Positions 20,408 through 30,442 of a stretch of DNA of 39,758 nt are shown piece by piece (within the stretch, counting starts at the first letter, position 1; every line of letters starts with the position of its first letter). The stretch comes from Shigella phage SfIV, in the sequence record KC814930; one strand, 5' to 3'. The notes beneath the pieces are model-generated. The model was not told the origin of the DNA. It worked only from the letters and a program-made list of their open reading frames with translations, and ran no database searches. The position numbers were made by a program, and so were the translations under genes.

Positions 20408-21721
20408 TTACTTATAAATTCCTGATGCTACCTTATCCAATATAATTGATAGTACTATAAATATCATTAGGTCAAATGAAAAGTTCATTGCAAAAAGATG
20501 CTTGTCTAAATCTCTATATCCTTCGCCAATGAAGCTAATATAAAACTGAGAGATGCTAAAAGCAGATAATGTAAAGATTGCAACAGAATATTTTTTTCGG
20601 ATAAAAATCAGTGATGCTATCATGGCTATAAATGCAACAGGAATCCTCACAGTTGATAGAGCAGAGTCTTTTATTTTTTGAACTTCATTCAAAAAAACAC
20701 TCTTACTTATTATTAGCTTATTTTCCTTGAAGACATGGAAGTAATCTTCAGTTAATTGGGTTCGAACTCCAGAATCAAAAGGAAGAAGGAGGAACATGGA
20801 AGGTTGCTTTAGCATCAAAAGCAAAGAATCCTTCAATCCCCTTTCTTTATTTTTTGCGAAGCAGGCTCCAGCATCTTTTGTGGTAACAGCTCCCTTATCC
20901 AAATCAAATTTATTTCCCCATGCATCAACACCAATGCATTCGTCCACGGCCCACGATGGATTTTCTTTTCCATTGCTTTTATTGTATAGCAAAGTCCCGA
21001 AATAAAGGGAGTGATAGCTGTTATATTTAGTTGCGCTTGGCGAGAAAAATGAAAATGACAATGCAATTATCGTCGCAATTACCATAGCTAAGTGAAATTT
21101 TTTATCTCTTATGTCAATAAATATTATTGAAATTAAAGAAATTAAAATGGGAATATAGAAGAACTGAGATTTTGATGTGGCGATTAGCGCTGCGCATGCA
21201 ACTAGTAATACTTTATCAAACCTTGATATTTCTTTTTTAAGAATTATATAAGTAATTACCGGAAGTAAAGTGATTACTATTTGCTCCTGATAAAATGCTG
21301 TGAATTGTGAAAGTATGGAAGGAGTAAATAGCAATAATGCTGATACCGGAAATAAAAGATAAGAATATTTTTTATTGTTTATTTCTACAAATAGTTTATA
21401 TAACGCACAAATATACACGATTTTGGAAAGAGATGACCATAACCTAAGATCAAATGTGTGTGTGAATATCGATATAACATAAGCGTATAAATAAAGAATA
21501 TAACTAAATGAGCTTTTATACTCATAGTTCACAATTGAACTGAAATTTTCCTTCAGGGTATAAAGTAATGTGCCATCATGTGAGAACTGTCTGATCCCAT
21601 TCATGAAAGGTGTTATGGCCCTATCGAAGTCGCCATTATTCATCATCCATATGTCAATTGACTCCTTGCACAGTAATGCACAAAAAATTGCAAGGAATAC
21701 ATACCTTATTCTTTCAGCCAT
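20408..21721 (-). CDS. serotype-specific O-antigen glucosyltransferase (GtrC-type, polytopic membrane protein)
   Basis: 437 aa, strongly hydrophobic with many predicted TM segments, very AT-rich, immediately downstream of gtrB and gtrA. Confidence 0.7.
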   Translation of the reverse strand: MAERIRYVFLAIFCALLCKESIDIWMMNNGDFDRAITPFMNGIRQFSHDGTLLYTLKENFSSIVNYEYKSSFSYILYLYAYVISIFTHTFDLRLWSSLSKIVYICALYKLFVEINNKKYSYLLFPVSALLLFTPSILSQFTAFYQEQIVITLLPVITYIILKKEISRFDKVLLVACAALIATSKSQFFYIPILISLISIIFIDIRDKKFHLAMVIATIIALSFSFFSPSATKYNSYHSLYFGTLLYNKSNGKENPSWAVDECIGVDAWGNKFDLDKGAVTTKDAGACFAKNKERGLKDSLLLMLKQPSMFLLLPFDSGVRTQLTEDYFHVFKENKLIISKSVFLNEVQKIKDSALSTVRIPVAFIAMIASLIFIRKKYSVAIFTLSAFSISQFYISFIGEGYRDLDKHLFAMNFSFDLMIFIVLSIILDKVASGIYK

Positions 21722-21722
21722 T

Positions 21723-22637
21723 TTATTTCTCTTTTAACAAGTAGCGAGGTCTCTGTTTAACTTCGGTATAAATCCGGCCAATGTACTCGCCCAAAACTCC
21801 GATACCAATGAGCTGCACACCACCGAGAAAAAGTATTGATACCAGCAATGATGGATAACCGCGCACAGGATTCCCGAATGCAAGCGTATCAATGATCATC
21901 CAGGCACCGTACAGGAAAGCCAGGCCTGCAACGAACAGGCCAATGTACGTCCACATGCGTAACGGAAATGTTGAGAAGCTGGTAATCCCTTCAAGCGCCA
22001 GGTTCCAGAGCTTCCAGCCATTAAACTTAGTGCTGCCAGCAACACGCTCAGCGCGAGCATATTCAACAACATCTGTACTCCCACCAACCCAGCTCAATAC
22101 TCCTTTCATGAACAGGTTGCGTTCTGGTAATAATTTAATGTTTTCCACAACTCCGCGAGACATTAGTCGGAAATCGCCGACGTTCTCCTCAATCTTTGGA
22201 TTGCTTATTTTATTGTGAAGTTTATAGAACCACTCAGCAGTCATGCGCTTCAGTCTTCCGTCTGTAGAACGGTCTGAGCGCTTAGCCAGTACCATATCAG
22301 CACCTGCCTGCCACTTTTCAATAAGATGAGGGATAACCTCAATCGGGTCCTGCAGATCGACATCAATAGGAATTACAGCATCGCCGCTTGCATGGTCTAA
22401 CCCTGCAAATAAGGCTGGTTCTTTACCAAAGTTGCGTGTAAATGACAGCGGAACAACTAGCGGGTCTGAAACAGCCAGCGCGTTAATAATTGACTCTGTG
22501 GCATCTTTACTTCCGTCATTTATGAATACAATTTCTACTTCATATGGCTTCAACTCTTGGAATTCACGTACCGTTTTATAGAAAACAGGTATCGCTTCTT
22601 CTTCATTGAAGACAGGAACGACAAGAGATATTTTCAT
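21723..22637 (-). CDS. gtrB: bactoprenol glucosyltransferase
   Basis: 304 aa; N-terminal GT2 features ([26 protein letters not shown]) and C-terminal TM helices. Confidence 0.85.
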   Translation of the reverse strand: MKISLVVPVFNEEEAIPVFYKTVREFQELKPYEVEIVFINDGSKDATESIINALAVSDPLVVPLSFTRNFGKEPALFAGLDHASGDAVIPIDVDLQDPIEVIPHLIEKWQAGADMVLAKRSDRSTDGRLKRMTAEWFYKLHNKISNPKIEENVGDFRLMSRGVVENIKLLPERNLFMKGVLSWVGGSTDVVEYARAERVAGSTKFNGWKLWNLALEGITSFSTFPLRMWTYIGLFVAGLAFLYGAWMIIDTLAFGNPVRGYPSLLVSILFLGGVQLIGIGVLGEYIGRIYTEVKQRPRYLLKEK

Positions 22638-22996
22638 TTCGCATCCCTAAAGACAATGAACTTTGAATAGACGAAACCGCACACCAGACTGATGGCGGAG
22701 AAGGTGATAAGAGTGACTATTGGAGGAAGTGAGCATTTATCAGCTGCCCAACCAACAATCACACTCAATATTCCCATAAATCCCACGTATAACATGTAGC
22801 GCATCGCTGTAGTCGATGCTTTGAATGTGAATCTTGCATTCGCGAAGAAGCTAAAGCTCACAGCCACTACGAAACCTGTGAAGTTTGCCAGAGCCTGACT
22901 GGTATGTGCGGCATAGATACATACACCAAAAACCACCCAGTGTATAAGTGTGTTCAGCACACCTATAGATGTGTACTTTACAAATAACTTTAACAT
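22634..22996 (-). CDS. gtrA: bactoprenol-linked glucose translocase (flippase)
   Basis: 120 aa, four predicted TM helices, overlaps the gtrB start. Confidence 0.8.
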   Translation of the reverse strand: MLKLFVKYTSIGVLNTLIHWVVFGVCIYAAHTSQALANFTGFVVAVSFSFFANARFTFKASTTAMRYMLYVGFMGILSVIVGWAADKCSLPPIVTLITFSAISLVCGFVYSKFIVFRDAK

Positions 22997-23197
22997 TTAT
23001 TTAATCAATGAGCTCTGAAAGGCATGAAGTCTATCATCCAAGTCTCAATTGATCGATACTTGCTATGTCTGATGAGACAAAACTGAGACACATAAGGCCT
23101 CACAATGGCTTGCAAGGCTTTACATGTTTTGATGTGGTGGGACGTGTGAGCGCAGTGTTGATGGGGTAATGCTTTGAATTAGAATCGGATTCTTATA

Positions 23198-23243
23198 ATT
23201 CGTAATGCGAAGGTCGTAGGTTCGACTCCTATTATCGGCACCA
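23198..23243 (+). other. attP core: 3' 46 nt of tRNA-Thr (thrW-type)
   Basis: attcgtaatgcgaaggtcgtaggttcgactcctattatcggcacca matches the anticodon-stem-to-CCA portion of enterobacterial thrW as I recall it; the 5' half of the tRNA is absent; integrase gene ends 15 nt away. Confidence 0.8.
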
Positions 23244-23257
23244 TTAAAATCAATAAG

Positions 23258-24421
23258 TTACACATCATTAGTACCTTCCTTATTTTTTGACTGGGACAAA
23301 TTTGGGACCGATGGGTTCAGGATCGAGTCTATTTGCCGTGCGTGTTCGGTAAGGTGATTAGGTGCAAGGTGAGCATATCGACGAACCATTTCGATAGACT
23401 CCCAGCCTCCCATTTCCTGTAAAACTGACAACGGGACTCCGGCTTGAACCAGCCAACTTGCCCAGGTGTGTCTCAAGTCGTGAAATCTGAAATCATCAAT
23501 ACCAGCCCGTCTCAGCGCCGCTTTCCAGGCTGTGTTTGCGTCATACCGCATCTTCCTTACTGTTGGCGCTTTCGTTCCGTCTGGTTTGGTACAGCTTTCC
23601 TTGTACACAAATACCCAACGGTGATGATTCCCGATTTGTTTTTTCAATACGCGACATGCAGTATCATTCAGCGCAACGCCAATTGCGCGGTTTGATTTAC
23701 TCTCTTCCGGGTTTATCCATGCCACCCGGCGCTGCATATCTATTTGTTGCCATTCAAGGTTGATGATGTTCGAGCGTCTTAAGCCTGTTGCCAGTGCAAA
23801 TTCAACAACAGACTTTAATGGCTCCGGACATTCATCAATCAGCCTTTGTGCTTCATGGGGCTCCAGCCAGCGGATCCGTTTATTCTTTGGTTGAGGCACT
23901 TTAATAATTGGTGCCTTATCCAGCATTTTCCATTCACGCTCTGCGGCTCTTAGTAGGGCCTTTATAAATGAAAGATGCGTAGCCTTCGTTGCAACGGACG
24001 CTGGTTTTGGCGTGTATTCTGGAACAGGTTTCCCTTTTTTTCTGCATGCTTCTGCCCTGAGTTTCCAGTTTTCCTCATGACGCCGGTTCGTCATTTTCTG
24101 CATTGCTGAATAAATTTTTGATTCAGTAATGTCTCTTAGTTGCATTCCTGCGAAATGTTGAAGCCAGAATCCGATCCGGCTTTTGTCATCGTCCAGTGAT
24201 TTTTTATGTGCTTTCTCTTCAAGCCACCTGACACACGCTTCCTCGAACGTTATATCAGGTATTTCACCAAGTTTGCTGACCCGCCATGCTTCAGCCTTTA
24301 GCTTGTCATGGAGTTCTGTCGCCTGCCTTTTGTCCTTTGTTCCAAGAGACTGTTTAAATCTTTTACCGTTCGGCAATGTGAAACTGGCGTACCATATTTC
24401 ACCTCTGCGGAAGAGTGACAT
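23258..24421 (-). CDS. int: tyrosine integrase (P22-type)
   Basis: 387 aa; N-terminus [34 protein letters not shown] and C-terminal catalytic region ([10 protein letters not shown]...VRRYAHL) typical of phage tyrosine integrases; adjacent to attP. Confidence 0.9.
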   Translation of the reverse strand: MSLFRRGEIWYASFTLPNGKRFKQSLGTKDKRQATELHDKLKAEAWRVSKLGEIPDITFEEACVRWLEEKAHKKSLDDDKSRIGFWLQHFAGMQLRDITESKIYSAMQKMTNRRHEENWKLRAEACRKKGKPVPEYTPKPASVATKATHLSFIKALLRAAEREWKMLDKAPIIKVPQPKNKRIRWLEPHEAQRLIDECPEPLKSVVEFALATGLRRSNIINLEWQQIDMQRRVAWINPEESKSNRAIGVALNDTACRVLKKQIGNHHRWVFVYKESCTKPDGTKAPTVRKMRYDANTAWKAALRRAGIDDFRFHDLRHTWASWLVQAGVPLSVLQEMGGWESIEMVRRYAHLAPNHLTEHARQIDSILNPSVPNLSQSKNKEGTNDV

Positions 24422-24648
24422 TTTCTTTCCTCTGTTATGCCATCACCCGCGCTCACCTGGACAGTATGCAGCGGAGACTGAAGAGCCGCAATGCAGGCTT
24501 GTCGTGTTGTGAGGTAAGGAGATTTATTCTTAGTGGGATCTTTGCGTGTTGCCTGAAGACGCCCTGTGCGTATCCAGTTAATGGCAGTCGGTCTGGATAT
24601 CTTGAGAAAATGACAGGCCTCATCGAGTGTGAGGCTGTATGGCTCCAT
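24298..24648 (-). CDS. xis: excisionase-like HTH protein
   Basis: Internal ATG at 24648 gives [31 protein letters not shown], an excisionase-type HTH; overlaps the int 5' end. Boundaries uncertain. Confidence 0.55.
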   Translation of the reverse strand: MEPYSLTLDEACHFLKISRPTAINWIRTGRLQATRKDPTKNKSPYLTTRQACIAALQSPLHTVQVSAGDGITEERKCHSSAEVKYGTPVSHCRTVKDLNSLLEQRTKGRRQNSMTS

Positions 24649-24953
24649 TATTTCACCTCTTGCTGTGACATTGTTGAAAAATGGATACCAGCTCGTTGCT
24701 GCCAGACGATCCAACCGAGAGTCATATCCCATGCCATGTATTCGTTATCGCCGTTTTTTGCTCTCCGACGATCTACTAAGTCACCGAAACGCTTTTCCAT
24801 GAATAATTCATAAGCTTCGCGTTCATCTGGTTCTACTTCCAGAGATAGGAGTGCGATTTCATAAGCACGGCGCTCAATATCGTCTCGCACGTCAAGGCTG
24901 CTGATACGCTCTTTAATTTCTTTAATCAGTTCTTTGTCGGTAAAAGTGGTCAT
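24648..24953 (-). CDS. hypothetical early protein
   Basis: 101-aa ORF, in operon with neighbours on the minus strand. Confidence 0.45.
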   Translation of the reverse strand: MTTFTDKELIKEIKERISSLDVRDDIERRAYEIALLSLEVEPDEREAYELFMEKRFGDLVDRRRAKNGDNEYMAWDMTLGWIVWQQRAGIHFSTMSQQEVK

Positions 24954-25315
24954 TATGCTCCAGCCTCCGGTGCTTTTGGCATTACTGCCCAGTGAGTGAT
25001 ATTGACGTTTTCAAGGTCCCCGACCTGAAATGTCCACTGCCATTCTCCGGTTTCTTTTTGTCCCCAGGTGTACCAGAGAGAACGCCAGCCAATTAGCCAG
25101 CCTTCTCCGTTAGCATCGAATAACAAAACACTTTCATTTGCTGGTGGCAGTTCAGTTGACACTGGTATTACTTTGTTTTCCTGTGCTGCACATTTAGCTT
25201 CAAGCGCATCGAATTTACGCACCAGGTATTCAGCATCTGTTTCATTTACTTTCAGATCTCGCGGTACACATCTCCCACGAAGAAACCCTTCCATTTCGAA
25301 AACATTCATGCGCAT
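24953..25315 (-). CDS. hypothetical early protein
   Basis: 120-aa ORF, translationally coupled in the early-left operon. Confidence 0.45.
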   Translation of the reverse strand: MRMNVFEMEGFLRGRCVPRDLKVNETDAEYLVRKFDALEAKCAAQENKVIPVSTELPPANESVLLFDANGEGWLIGWRSLWYTWGQKETGEWQWTFQVGDLENVNITHWAVMPKAPEAGA

Positions 25316-25842
25316 TTGCGTAACTCCGATAACTCGTTAAAGCGTTCCATAAACATCCCGTAGGCATGGCCCGGTGCCAGTGGAATCACGTTGAACATCT
25401 CTGTTGCCGGGATACCTTCCAGTACAGGCCAGAAAGAGCCATCATCAAGCCCGAGATCGCGGCGTTCGGTTGCCAGCATGATGAGATCGGCATATTTCAC
25501 GGGCGTACTCATAACTGGGGGTAACCCGTATTTCTCACGGATTACGGCGTCTATTTTTTCTTCCATTTGTTTATAGTCAGGAAGAAGGCGTTTCAGTGGT
25601 GCGGGAATGTCCTGGCAATACGCTTCTGTTGCATCATGCATTAACGCTTCAAAAGCAAATTCCTGCGGCACCAACTGGCTGCAAAGAACCGCATGTTGGG
25701 CGACGCTGTAGAAGTGCGAAAGATGACCGGCAAAGCGACAGATATTTGAAAGGGAAACCGCGATATCGTTAATATCGATGTCGTCTTTATTTATCCTGTC
25801 ATAATAAAAATGCTTCCCGGAAAAAGTTTTAATAAATGACAT
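25306..25842 (-). CDS. HD-domain phosphohydrolase (YfdR-like)
   Basis: ATG at 25842 with SD ggag; contains H...HD metal-binding motifs (FAGHLSH..., ALMHDATEAY). Confidence 0.6.
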   Translation of the reverse strand: MSFIKTFSGKHFYYDRINKDDIDINDIAVSLSNICRFAGHLSHFYSVAQHAVLCSQLVPQEFAFEALMHDATEAYCQDIPAPLKRLLPDYKQMEEKIDAVIREKYGLPPVMSTPVKYADLIMLATERRDLGLDDGSFWPVLEGIPATEMFNVIPLAPGHAYGMFMERFNELSELRKCA

Positions 25843-25969
25843 TTTGTTCTCCACGTATATGCGCTGCACCGCGCTGAATTCTGGTAAAAAGAATCCCTCA
25901 CCATCCGGCGATTATTGAGTAAATTACGTTTCCATAAATGCCCCCGCAGGGGCATTTGCAGTAATGAAA

Positions 25970-26794
25970 TCAGGCGGTGAAAGTACCAATAAAGGTTTCT
26001 ACTTTGCTGTCCTTGAATTTCTCAACAAGCAGATCACGAAATTCGTTAGCCATTTCTTCCTGCACCGCCTCCAGCTGAATAATGCGCAGAACCAGTACAG
26101 GACGATCGCCAGTGATAATACTGAGGCGTAATTTAAACGGACGTTCTTTCAGACCTTCAAACGGAACGCATTTAAATTCAAATGCCACTGGCATAATGTC
26201 TTTGGTCTTCGCTTCGACAGACTCCATCAGGGAGCGTTTGCCGCTGAAGTCATTATCTTCAAAATCAGCGGTCTGGTTTGCTTCAATCGTGATTTTACGG
26301 ACAGCCGCAGCCGCTTTTGTTGCCTGAATAGCGTCACCATTAGCATCAAAGCCCACAAGATAGTCGGCCCAGTCTTCAATCCATTCTGCCAGTGACTTCT
26401 GGGAGTTACGCTCGCCGTTAACAGACAACAGAGCAGAGAACGGTGCTGTCTTTTTCAGTTTGAGTGTGGCGGTGTTATCTGCGTGACCTGGTTCATCAAT
26501 AGTACCCAGGTTAAGCACACTGACGGCACGCATATTATCAGCATCGATAAAGCAGCGGGTGCCTTCATCTGCAAGATCTTTAGAATAACGGGTAAAGTCA
26601 TCGATGCTGGCAGTGGAAAGCGCACCACGGAAACGGAAGCGATTTAAATTAAATTTTTCCAGATCATGAATGCGGAAATTCTCAGGCAATGCCACAGCAT
26701 CGGCACCAATCTTACTGATAATTTCATTAACACCCTGAGCAGAAATAAGGGCATGGATTTGATTAATTGCGGTTGCGTCTAAGTTCTGAGACAT
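25970..26794 (-). CDS. conserved prophage protein (YfdQ-like)
   Basis: 274-aa ORF with SD gagga upstream; recalled similarity to E. coli CPS-53 YfdQ, unverified. Confidence 0.5.
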   Translation of the reverse strand: MSQNLDATAINQIHALISAQGVNEIISKIGADAVALPENFRIHDLEKFNLNRFRFRGALSTASIDDFTRYSKDLADEGTRCFIDADNMRAVSVLNLGTIDEPGHADNTATLKLKKTAPFSALLSVNGERNSQKSLAEWIEDWADYLVGFDANGDAIQATKAAAAVRKITIEANQTADFEDNDFSGKRSLMESVEAKTKDIMPVAFEFKCVPFEGLKERPFKLRLSIITGDRPVLVLRIIQLEAVQEEMANEFRDLLVEKFKDSKVETFIGTFTA

Positions 26795-26859
26795 AATAAG
26801 TCCTCACTATATAAAGATATTCAGTGATGAGATAAATAATCAGTTAATTAAAAACGATA

Positions 26860-27222
26860 TTAACGACCTGCTGCGCGGAGTTTTCCGTCAGGTTCACCGG
26901 CAAGAGTCAGTAACTGTCCCTGGTCTTCCTGCAGAATAGTCAGGCGACCACCGCGATTGACATACATCGGCGTTTCGGTGGTGTCTTCTTCGGAAATTTT
27001 CCCGCGGTTAGTCGGGCGAACATATGAGAGTTTGTGTTTGATTTTCACACGGTTCTCATCAAATGGTTCGATTTCCAGGTTGAGTGAGACCTTACCTTTG
27101 GTTTTCGTGTTCATCACACCGGAAGCGACTTCACTGAGAACTGCGCCGATTTTGGTTTCAAATACGCCGCCGTCCAGCTCCCCGATAAATGCCTGCACAT
27201 CAGTACTGCGTTCGCTAGCCAT
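26860..27222 (-). CDS. hypothetical early protein (YfdP-like)
   Basis: ORF 26860..27540; ATG at 27222 has SD gaggag upstream and gives a 120-aa protein; the upstream extension lies in GC-rich, structured, probably non-coding sequence. Confidence 0.5.
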   Translation of the reverse strand: MASERSTDVQAFIGELDGGVFETKIGAVLSEVASGVMNTKTKGKVSLNLEIEPFDENRVKIKHKLSYVRPTNRGKISEEDTTETPMYVNRGGRLTILQEDQGQLLTLAGEPDGKLRAAGR

Positions 27223-27690
27223 TTTGCTGCTCCTCATCATATCGACCCTGCAAGGCCGATTAGTTTCTCCACAAAACAGAGAAGAACACCTGCGGTGGCA
27301 GCCGCCCGGATGGATTGGGTTATGAGCCCGTCGTCCGGTGATGCTCTTCTCTGTTTTGTAAAAAGGACGGTACCAGCCGGAAGCAAGGGTACAAACTGGT
27401 ACCTCCAGGACTACACACAGCATAAAGTTGTGGTGCCGGGTGCCTCCCGGTGCCTGGCGAAGGTTGCACACCAGACGGGTGGGTATCCACAGAAGGTCGA
27501 CTGTCAGCCTCAACCTTAACCCGCGTGCGCTGAGCCGCATTCACCACAACGCTAAGGATTCTCTCTGGTTAAAAATACTTAGCTGTTATGTGCCTGCTTT
27601 TAGCCACATCAGGCGAGGTGGACCTGGTTATTTCCCAACAACAAGGATTCGGTTAATCTGGTTATCCCCAACAACGCAAAAGGAAAAGAA

Positions 27691-28125
27691 ATGTCCGGTA
27701 ATATCTACACGCTGTACAAATCCCACTGTGAAAATGTTGGAAAGTATCGGGGCATTGAAATCAGTGGGGTAGTGTCATCAGTCGAAATAAGCAAAGTGGA
27801 ATCAAGGGCAACATTACTTACTCTTCTGGACCTTGTCTTACATGAGCACCGGAAGAAATTCGGCACTCCCTATAATCAGTTGAATGGGAAAAAGGCTCTG
27901 GTTCACCTTATTCTGATGAAGCATCACTGGATGCCAAAACAGATTAATGAGATGAAATTTGATGAACTTCTTCTTTCAATTCAGGATGAACTCACACTTG
28001 ATAAAATAAGCGTAACCGCCCAGAAATTTTTAGATTATCGAGACTGGAGATCACAAATTCATCACTTTGATGATTTTGACGAAAATGAATGGGATCCTAA
28101 TTTGTCTGCACAATATCTAAAGTAA
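27691..28125 (+). CDS. hypothetical protein (AT-rich moron)
   Basis: 144-aa ORF on the opposite strand to the surrounding early-left operon, AT-rich, SD aaggaaaag upstream, two direct repeats in its upstream region. Confidence 0.55.
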   Translation: MSGNIYTLYKSHCENVGKYRGIEISGVVSSVEISKVESRATLLTLLDLVLHEHRKKFGTPYNQLNGKKALVHLILMKHHWMPKQINEMKFDELLLSIQDELTLDKISVTAQKFLDYRDWRSQIHHFDDFDENEWDPNLSAQYLK

Positions 28126-28303
28126 CATCCTGTGATAAAACCGTGATTTCCTGATCCAGTTTTTTTAAGGAGTCTATTGTTTCCTGTCGATAAGACAGCA
28201 CTTCACGAAGCTGGTTTATAGCTGCCAGCTTCTTTGCCATCCACTCGTAAATTTCCTCATTTGTGTATCCGGGCGCGACGATTTTGGGTTCTGTTTTGTG
28301 CAT
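28097..28303 (-). CDS. small protein at the first position of the leftward operon
   Basis: ATG at 28303 with strong SD gaggagg 6 nt upstream; 68 aa, predicted helical; no arginine-rich motif, so not an obvious N homologue. Confidence 0.5.
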   Translation of the reverse strand: MHKTEPKIVAPGYTNEEIYEWMAKKLAAINQLREVLSYRQETIDSLKKLDQEITVLSQDVTLDIVQTN

Positions 28304-28362
28304 TTCACACCTCCTCAAGTTATCAGTTACTTGTTGATGGGGACCAGATTGTTAAAGAGCTA

Positions 28363-28386
28363 AGCGTCCTGTAGGGCGCTTTTTTG
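28363..28386 (+). terminator. rho-independent terminator (plus strand)
   Basis: agcgtcc-tgta-gggcgct stem followed by TTTTTT. Confidence 0.5.
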
Positions 28387-28453
28387 TTGCTAACGAATCA
28401 CCCTAGACTTTATATGCCCCAGGCGGCTACTTCGTGGGCGTCCTGCCTGTTCG

Positions 28454-28483
28454 TTGTTTCTCTTGGGTACATTATGTATCTCG
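28454..28483. promoter_or_regulatory. putative OL-type operator repeats
   Basis: Two copies of tgggtacatt (28454..28463, 28474..28483) sharing the GGTACA core with the palindromes between cI and cro. Confidence 0.4.
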
Positions 28484-28500
28484 TGGGTACATTGTCAAGT

Positions 28501-28525
28501 ATAAAAAAACCTGCCGAAGCAGGTT
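28501..28525 (-). terminator. rho-independent terminator downstream of cI
   Basis: aacctgc-ttcg-gcaggtt followed on the minus strand by TTTTTAT, 13 nt after the cI stop. Confidence 0.6.
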
Positions 28526-28537
28526 CATAAACATTGA

Positions 28538-29212
28538 TTAGGCTTTGATTTTGTATCTTCTTGGTTTTCCTGAGAAAATCACAGTTCCAATTATAGAGCA
28601 ATTACCGTTGATCTTAATGTAAGGCTCAGGCCAGTTTGGGTTTAACGCTTTGAGATAACGCTGTGTCCCATCTTCTATCAACCTTTTGAAGGTGGTTTCA
28701 CCTGTATCGTGCATCAATGCAATAACGTCGTCACCGTGGCAGGCTGGTACTTCAGGATCGACAAAAATCATGTCTCCCGGGCGGTACTCATCAATCATTG
28801 AATCACCTATCACCCGCAAGATATAAGTCATTTCCCCACAGGGTACAGGGCAGGGATACGTTTCTGCTGTGCTCAAATCAACCTCAGAATATCCAACTTC
28901 TTTCCATGCTCCGGCCTGTACCCATGATATGACAGGGACTAATGTGATTTGTTTATTAGTGATTGAAACATCAGGTTTTTTTGTGATGTTCGTTGTCTGG
29001 TGTTCTTGATCGAGCCATCCAACAGGCAGGTCGAAACATTTTTCGATGTGTCGTGCCATGCTGTCACCGATATTTTTAGTAGCACCATCTCCCATAAACC
29101 TGCTGGTCTGGGTTGGCTCGCGATCAATCATAGTGGCAAAGGAAGAATTCCCGCCAACACCATCTCTCAGTTTTCTGGCGTTAGACCGCCGGATGTCATG
29201 GATTGTTTTCAT
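28538..29212 (-). CDS. cI: CI-type repressor (HTH + S24 LexA-like peptidase domain)
   Basis: 224 aa; N-terminal HTH region and C-terminal S24 signature (VIGDSMIDEYRPGDMIFVD ... TFKRL); divergent from a cro-like gene across palindromic operators. Confidence 0.85.
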   Translation of the reverse strand: MKTIHDIRRSNARKLRDGVGGNSSFATMIDREPTQTSRFMGDGATKNIGDSMARHIEKCFDLPVGWLDQEHQTTNITKKPDVSITNKQITLVPVISWVQAGAWKEVGYSEVDLSTAETYPCPVPCGEMTYILRVIGDSMIDEYRPGDMIFVDPEVPACHGDDVIALMHDTGETTFKRLIEDGTQRYLKALNPNWPEPYIKINGNCSIIGTVIFSGKPRRYKIKA

Positions 29213-29227
29213 AACGAAATTAAAACC

Positions 29228-29300
29228 CTTGTACCGTTAAGGTACAAGTATCTTGAAGGTTCATTTTAATCATGTAATATGTACACCGGAGGTACATATT
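29228..29300. promoter_or_regulatory. OR operator region with two palindromic operators
   Basis: cttgtacc-gttaa-ggtacaag (29228..29248) and aatatgtac-accggag-gtacatatt (29276..29300) in the 90-bp cI/cro intergenic region. Confidence 0.7.
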
Positions 29301-29302
29301 GT

Positions 29303-29503
29303 ATGAAAGCGTATTGGGACTCTTTAACCAAAGAACAGCAGGGCGAGTTGGCCGGAAAAGTTGGCTCAACACCTGGCTACTTACGGCTGGTTTTCAATGG
29401 CTATAAAAAAGCCAGTTTTGTGCTGGCTAAAAAACTTGAGCAATGCACGTCAGGTGCAATTACGAAATCTGACTTAAGACCGGATATCTATCCGAAAGAT
29501 TAG
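29303..29503 (+). CDS. cro: Cro-like HTH regulator
   Basis: ATG at 29303 immediately after the second operator; 66 aa; divergent from cI. Confidence 0.7.
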   Translation: MKAYWDSLTKEQQGELAGKVGSTPGYLRLVFNGYKKASFVLAKKLEQCTSGAITKSDLRPDIYPKD

Positions 29504-29534
29504 CAGAACACTTTCAATTTTTAACCACAGAACG

Positions 29535-30098
29535 ATGAGGCTAACCGTGGGTAAGCATCACTGGAAAGTAGAAAAACAGCCTGAGTGGTACGTGAAAGCT
29601 GTCAGAAAAACTATCGCAAAGTTGCCGGGTGGTTACGCTGAAGCAGCTGACTGGCTGGATGTAACAGAGAACGCATTATTTAACCGCCTTCGTGCCGATG
29701 GCGATCAGATTTTCCCGCTGGGATGGGCAATGATTTTGCAACGTGCTGGTGGAACTCACTTCATTGCTGACGCTGTGGCGCAGTCTGCAAATGGCGTCTT
29801 TGTGTCTCTTCCTGACGTCGAGGATGTGGACAACGCCGATATTAACCAGCGTCTGCTGGAAGTCATTGAACAGATCGGCAGTTATTCAAAACAGATTCGT
29901 TCAGCAATCGAAGACGGTGTAGTGGAACCGCATGAGAAGACAGCAATTAACGACGAGCTGTACCTCTCAATTTCGAAGCTGCAGGAGCATGCAGCACTGG
30001 TCTACAAAATTTTTTGCATTTCAGAAAGTAATGACGCCCGCGAGTGTGCAGCTCCGGGCGCCGTGGCGTGTCGTGACTGTGGAGAAACTAACGCATGA
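29535..30098 (+). CDS. regulatory protein in the CII position
   Basis: 187-aa ORF following cro; assignment is by position only. Confidence 0.4.
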   Translation: MRLTVGKHHWKVEKQPEWYVKAVRKTIAKLPGGYAEAADWLDVTENALFNRLRADGDQIFPLGWAMILQRAGGTHFIADAVAQSANGVFVSLPDVEDVDNADINQRLLEVIEQIGSYSKQIRSAIEDGVVEPHEKTAINDELYLSISKLQEHAALVYKIFCISESNDARECAAPGAVACRDCGETNA

Positions 30099-30433
30099 AC
30101 AGTTTAACAACACACTACCGTCGCTCGCAACTGATTGCGCTTCCTGTACCGGGTGGAAAAGCGAAGGTGGAGTATTGCTATGCAGTGAATGTACCAGGTG
30201 ACAGGGAAATTGTAACCCACAGCTTTGCAGAGTGGGCTGTGGGGGATTTCAACCGGCAGAAGGAGACAGTCCTTTGCGACAAGTTAATCGCTGGTTCAAA
30301 GATCACTACGGAGTGCCCGTCAGAGTCATTCGTTGGGAGCCGGAAACACAACGGGTTATCTACCTCCGTGAAGGCTATGAGCATGAGTGCTTCAGCCCGC
30401 TCGAACAGTTTCGTCGTAAATTCAGGGAAATAG
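30095..30433 (+). CDS. hypothetical protein (frame ambiguity with 30274..30453)
   Basis: ATGA-coupled to the upstream gene; a second frame (TTG at 30274 with strong SD aaggaga) encodes a more protein-like 59-aa product ending at 30453. Confidence 0.35.
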   Translation: MNSLTTHYRRSQLIALPVPGGKAKVEYCYAVNVPGDREIVTHSFAEWAVGDFNRQKETVLCDKLIAGSKITTECPSESFVGSRKHNGLSTSVKAMSMSASARSNSFVVNSGK

Positions 30434-30442
30434 AGGTCGGTC

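Noticed and set aside
20796-22218. Plus-strand ORFs within gtrC and gtrB
   Set aside because: Antisense to the gtr genes, which have clear glycosyltransferase and membrane features; no independent start signals.
23198-23243. tRNA gene
   Set aside because: Only the 3' 46 nt of a tRNA-Thr-like sequence are present; the acceptor 5' strand and D-arm are missing, so this is an attP core.
27295-27547. ORFs 27295..27519 (+) and 27320..27547 (-) in the GC-rich structured region
   Set aside because: Both overlap the inverted-repeat and hairpin region, lack SD sequences and have unconvincing composition; the region is better explained as non-coding RNA or regulatory DNA.
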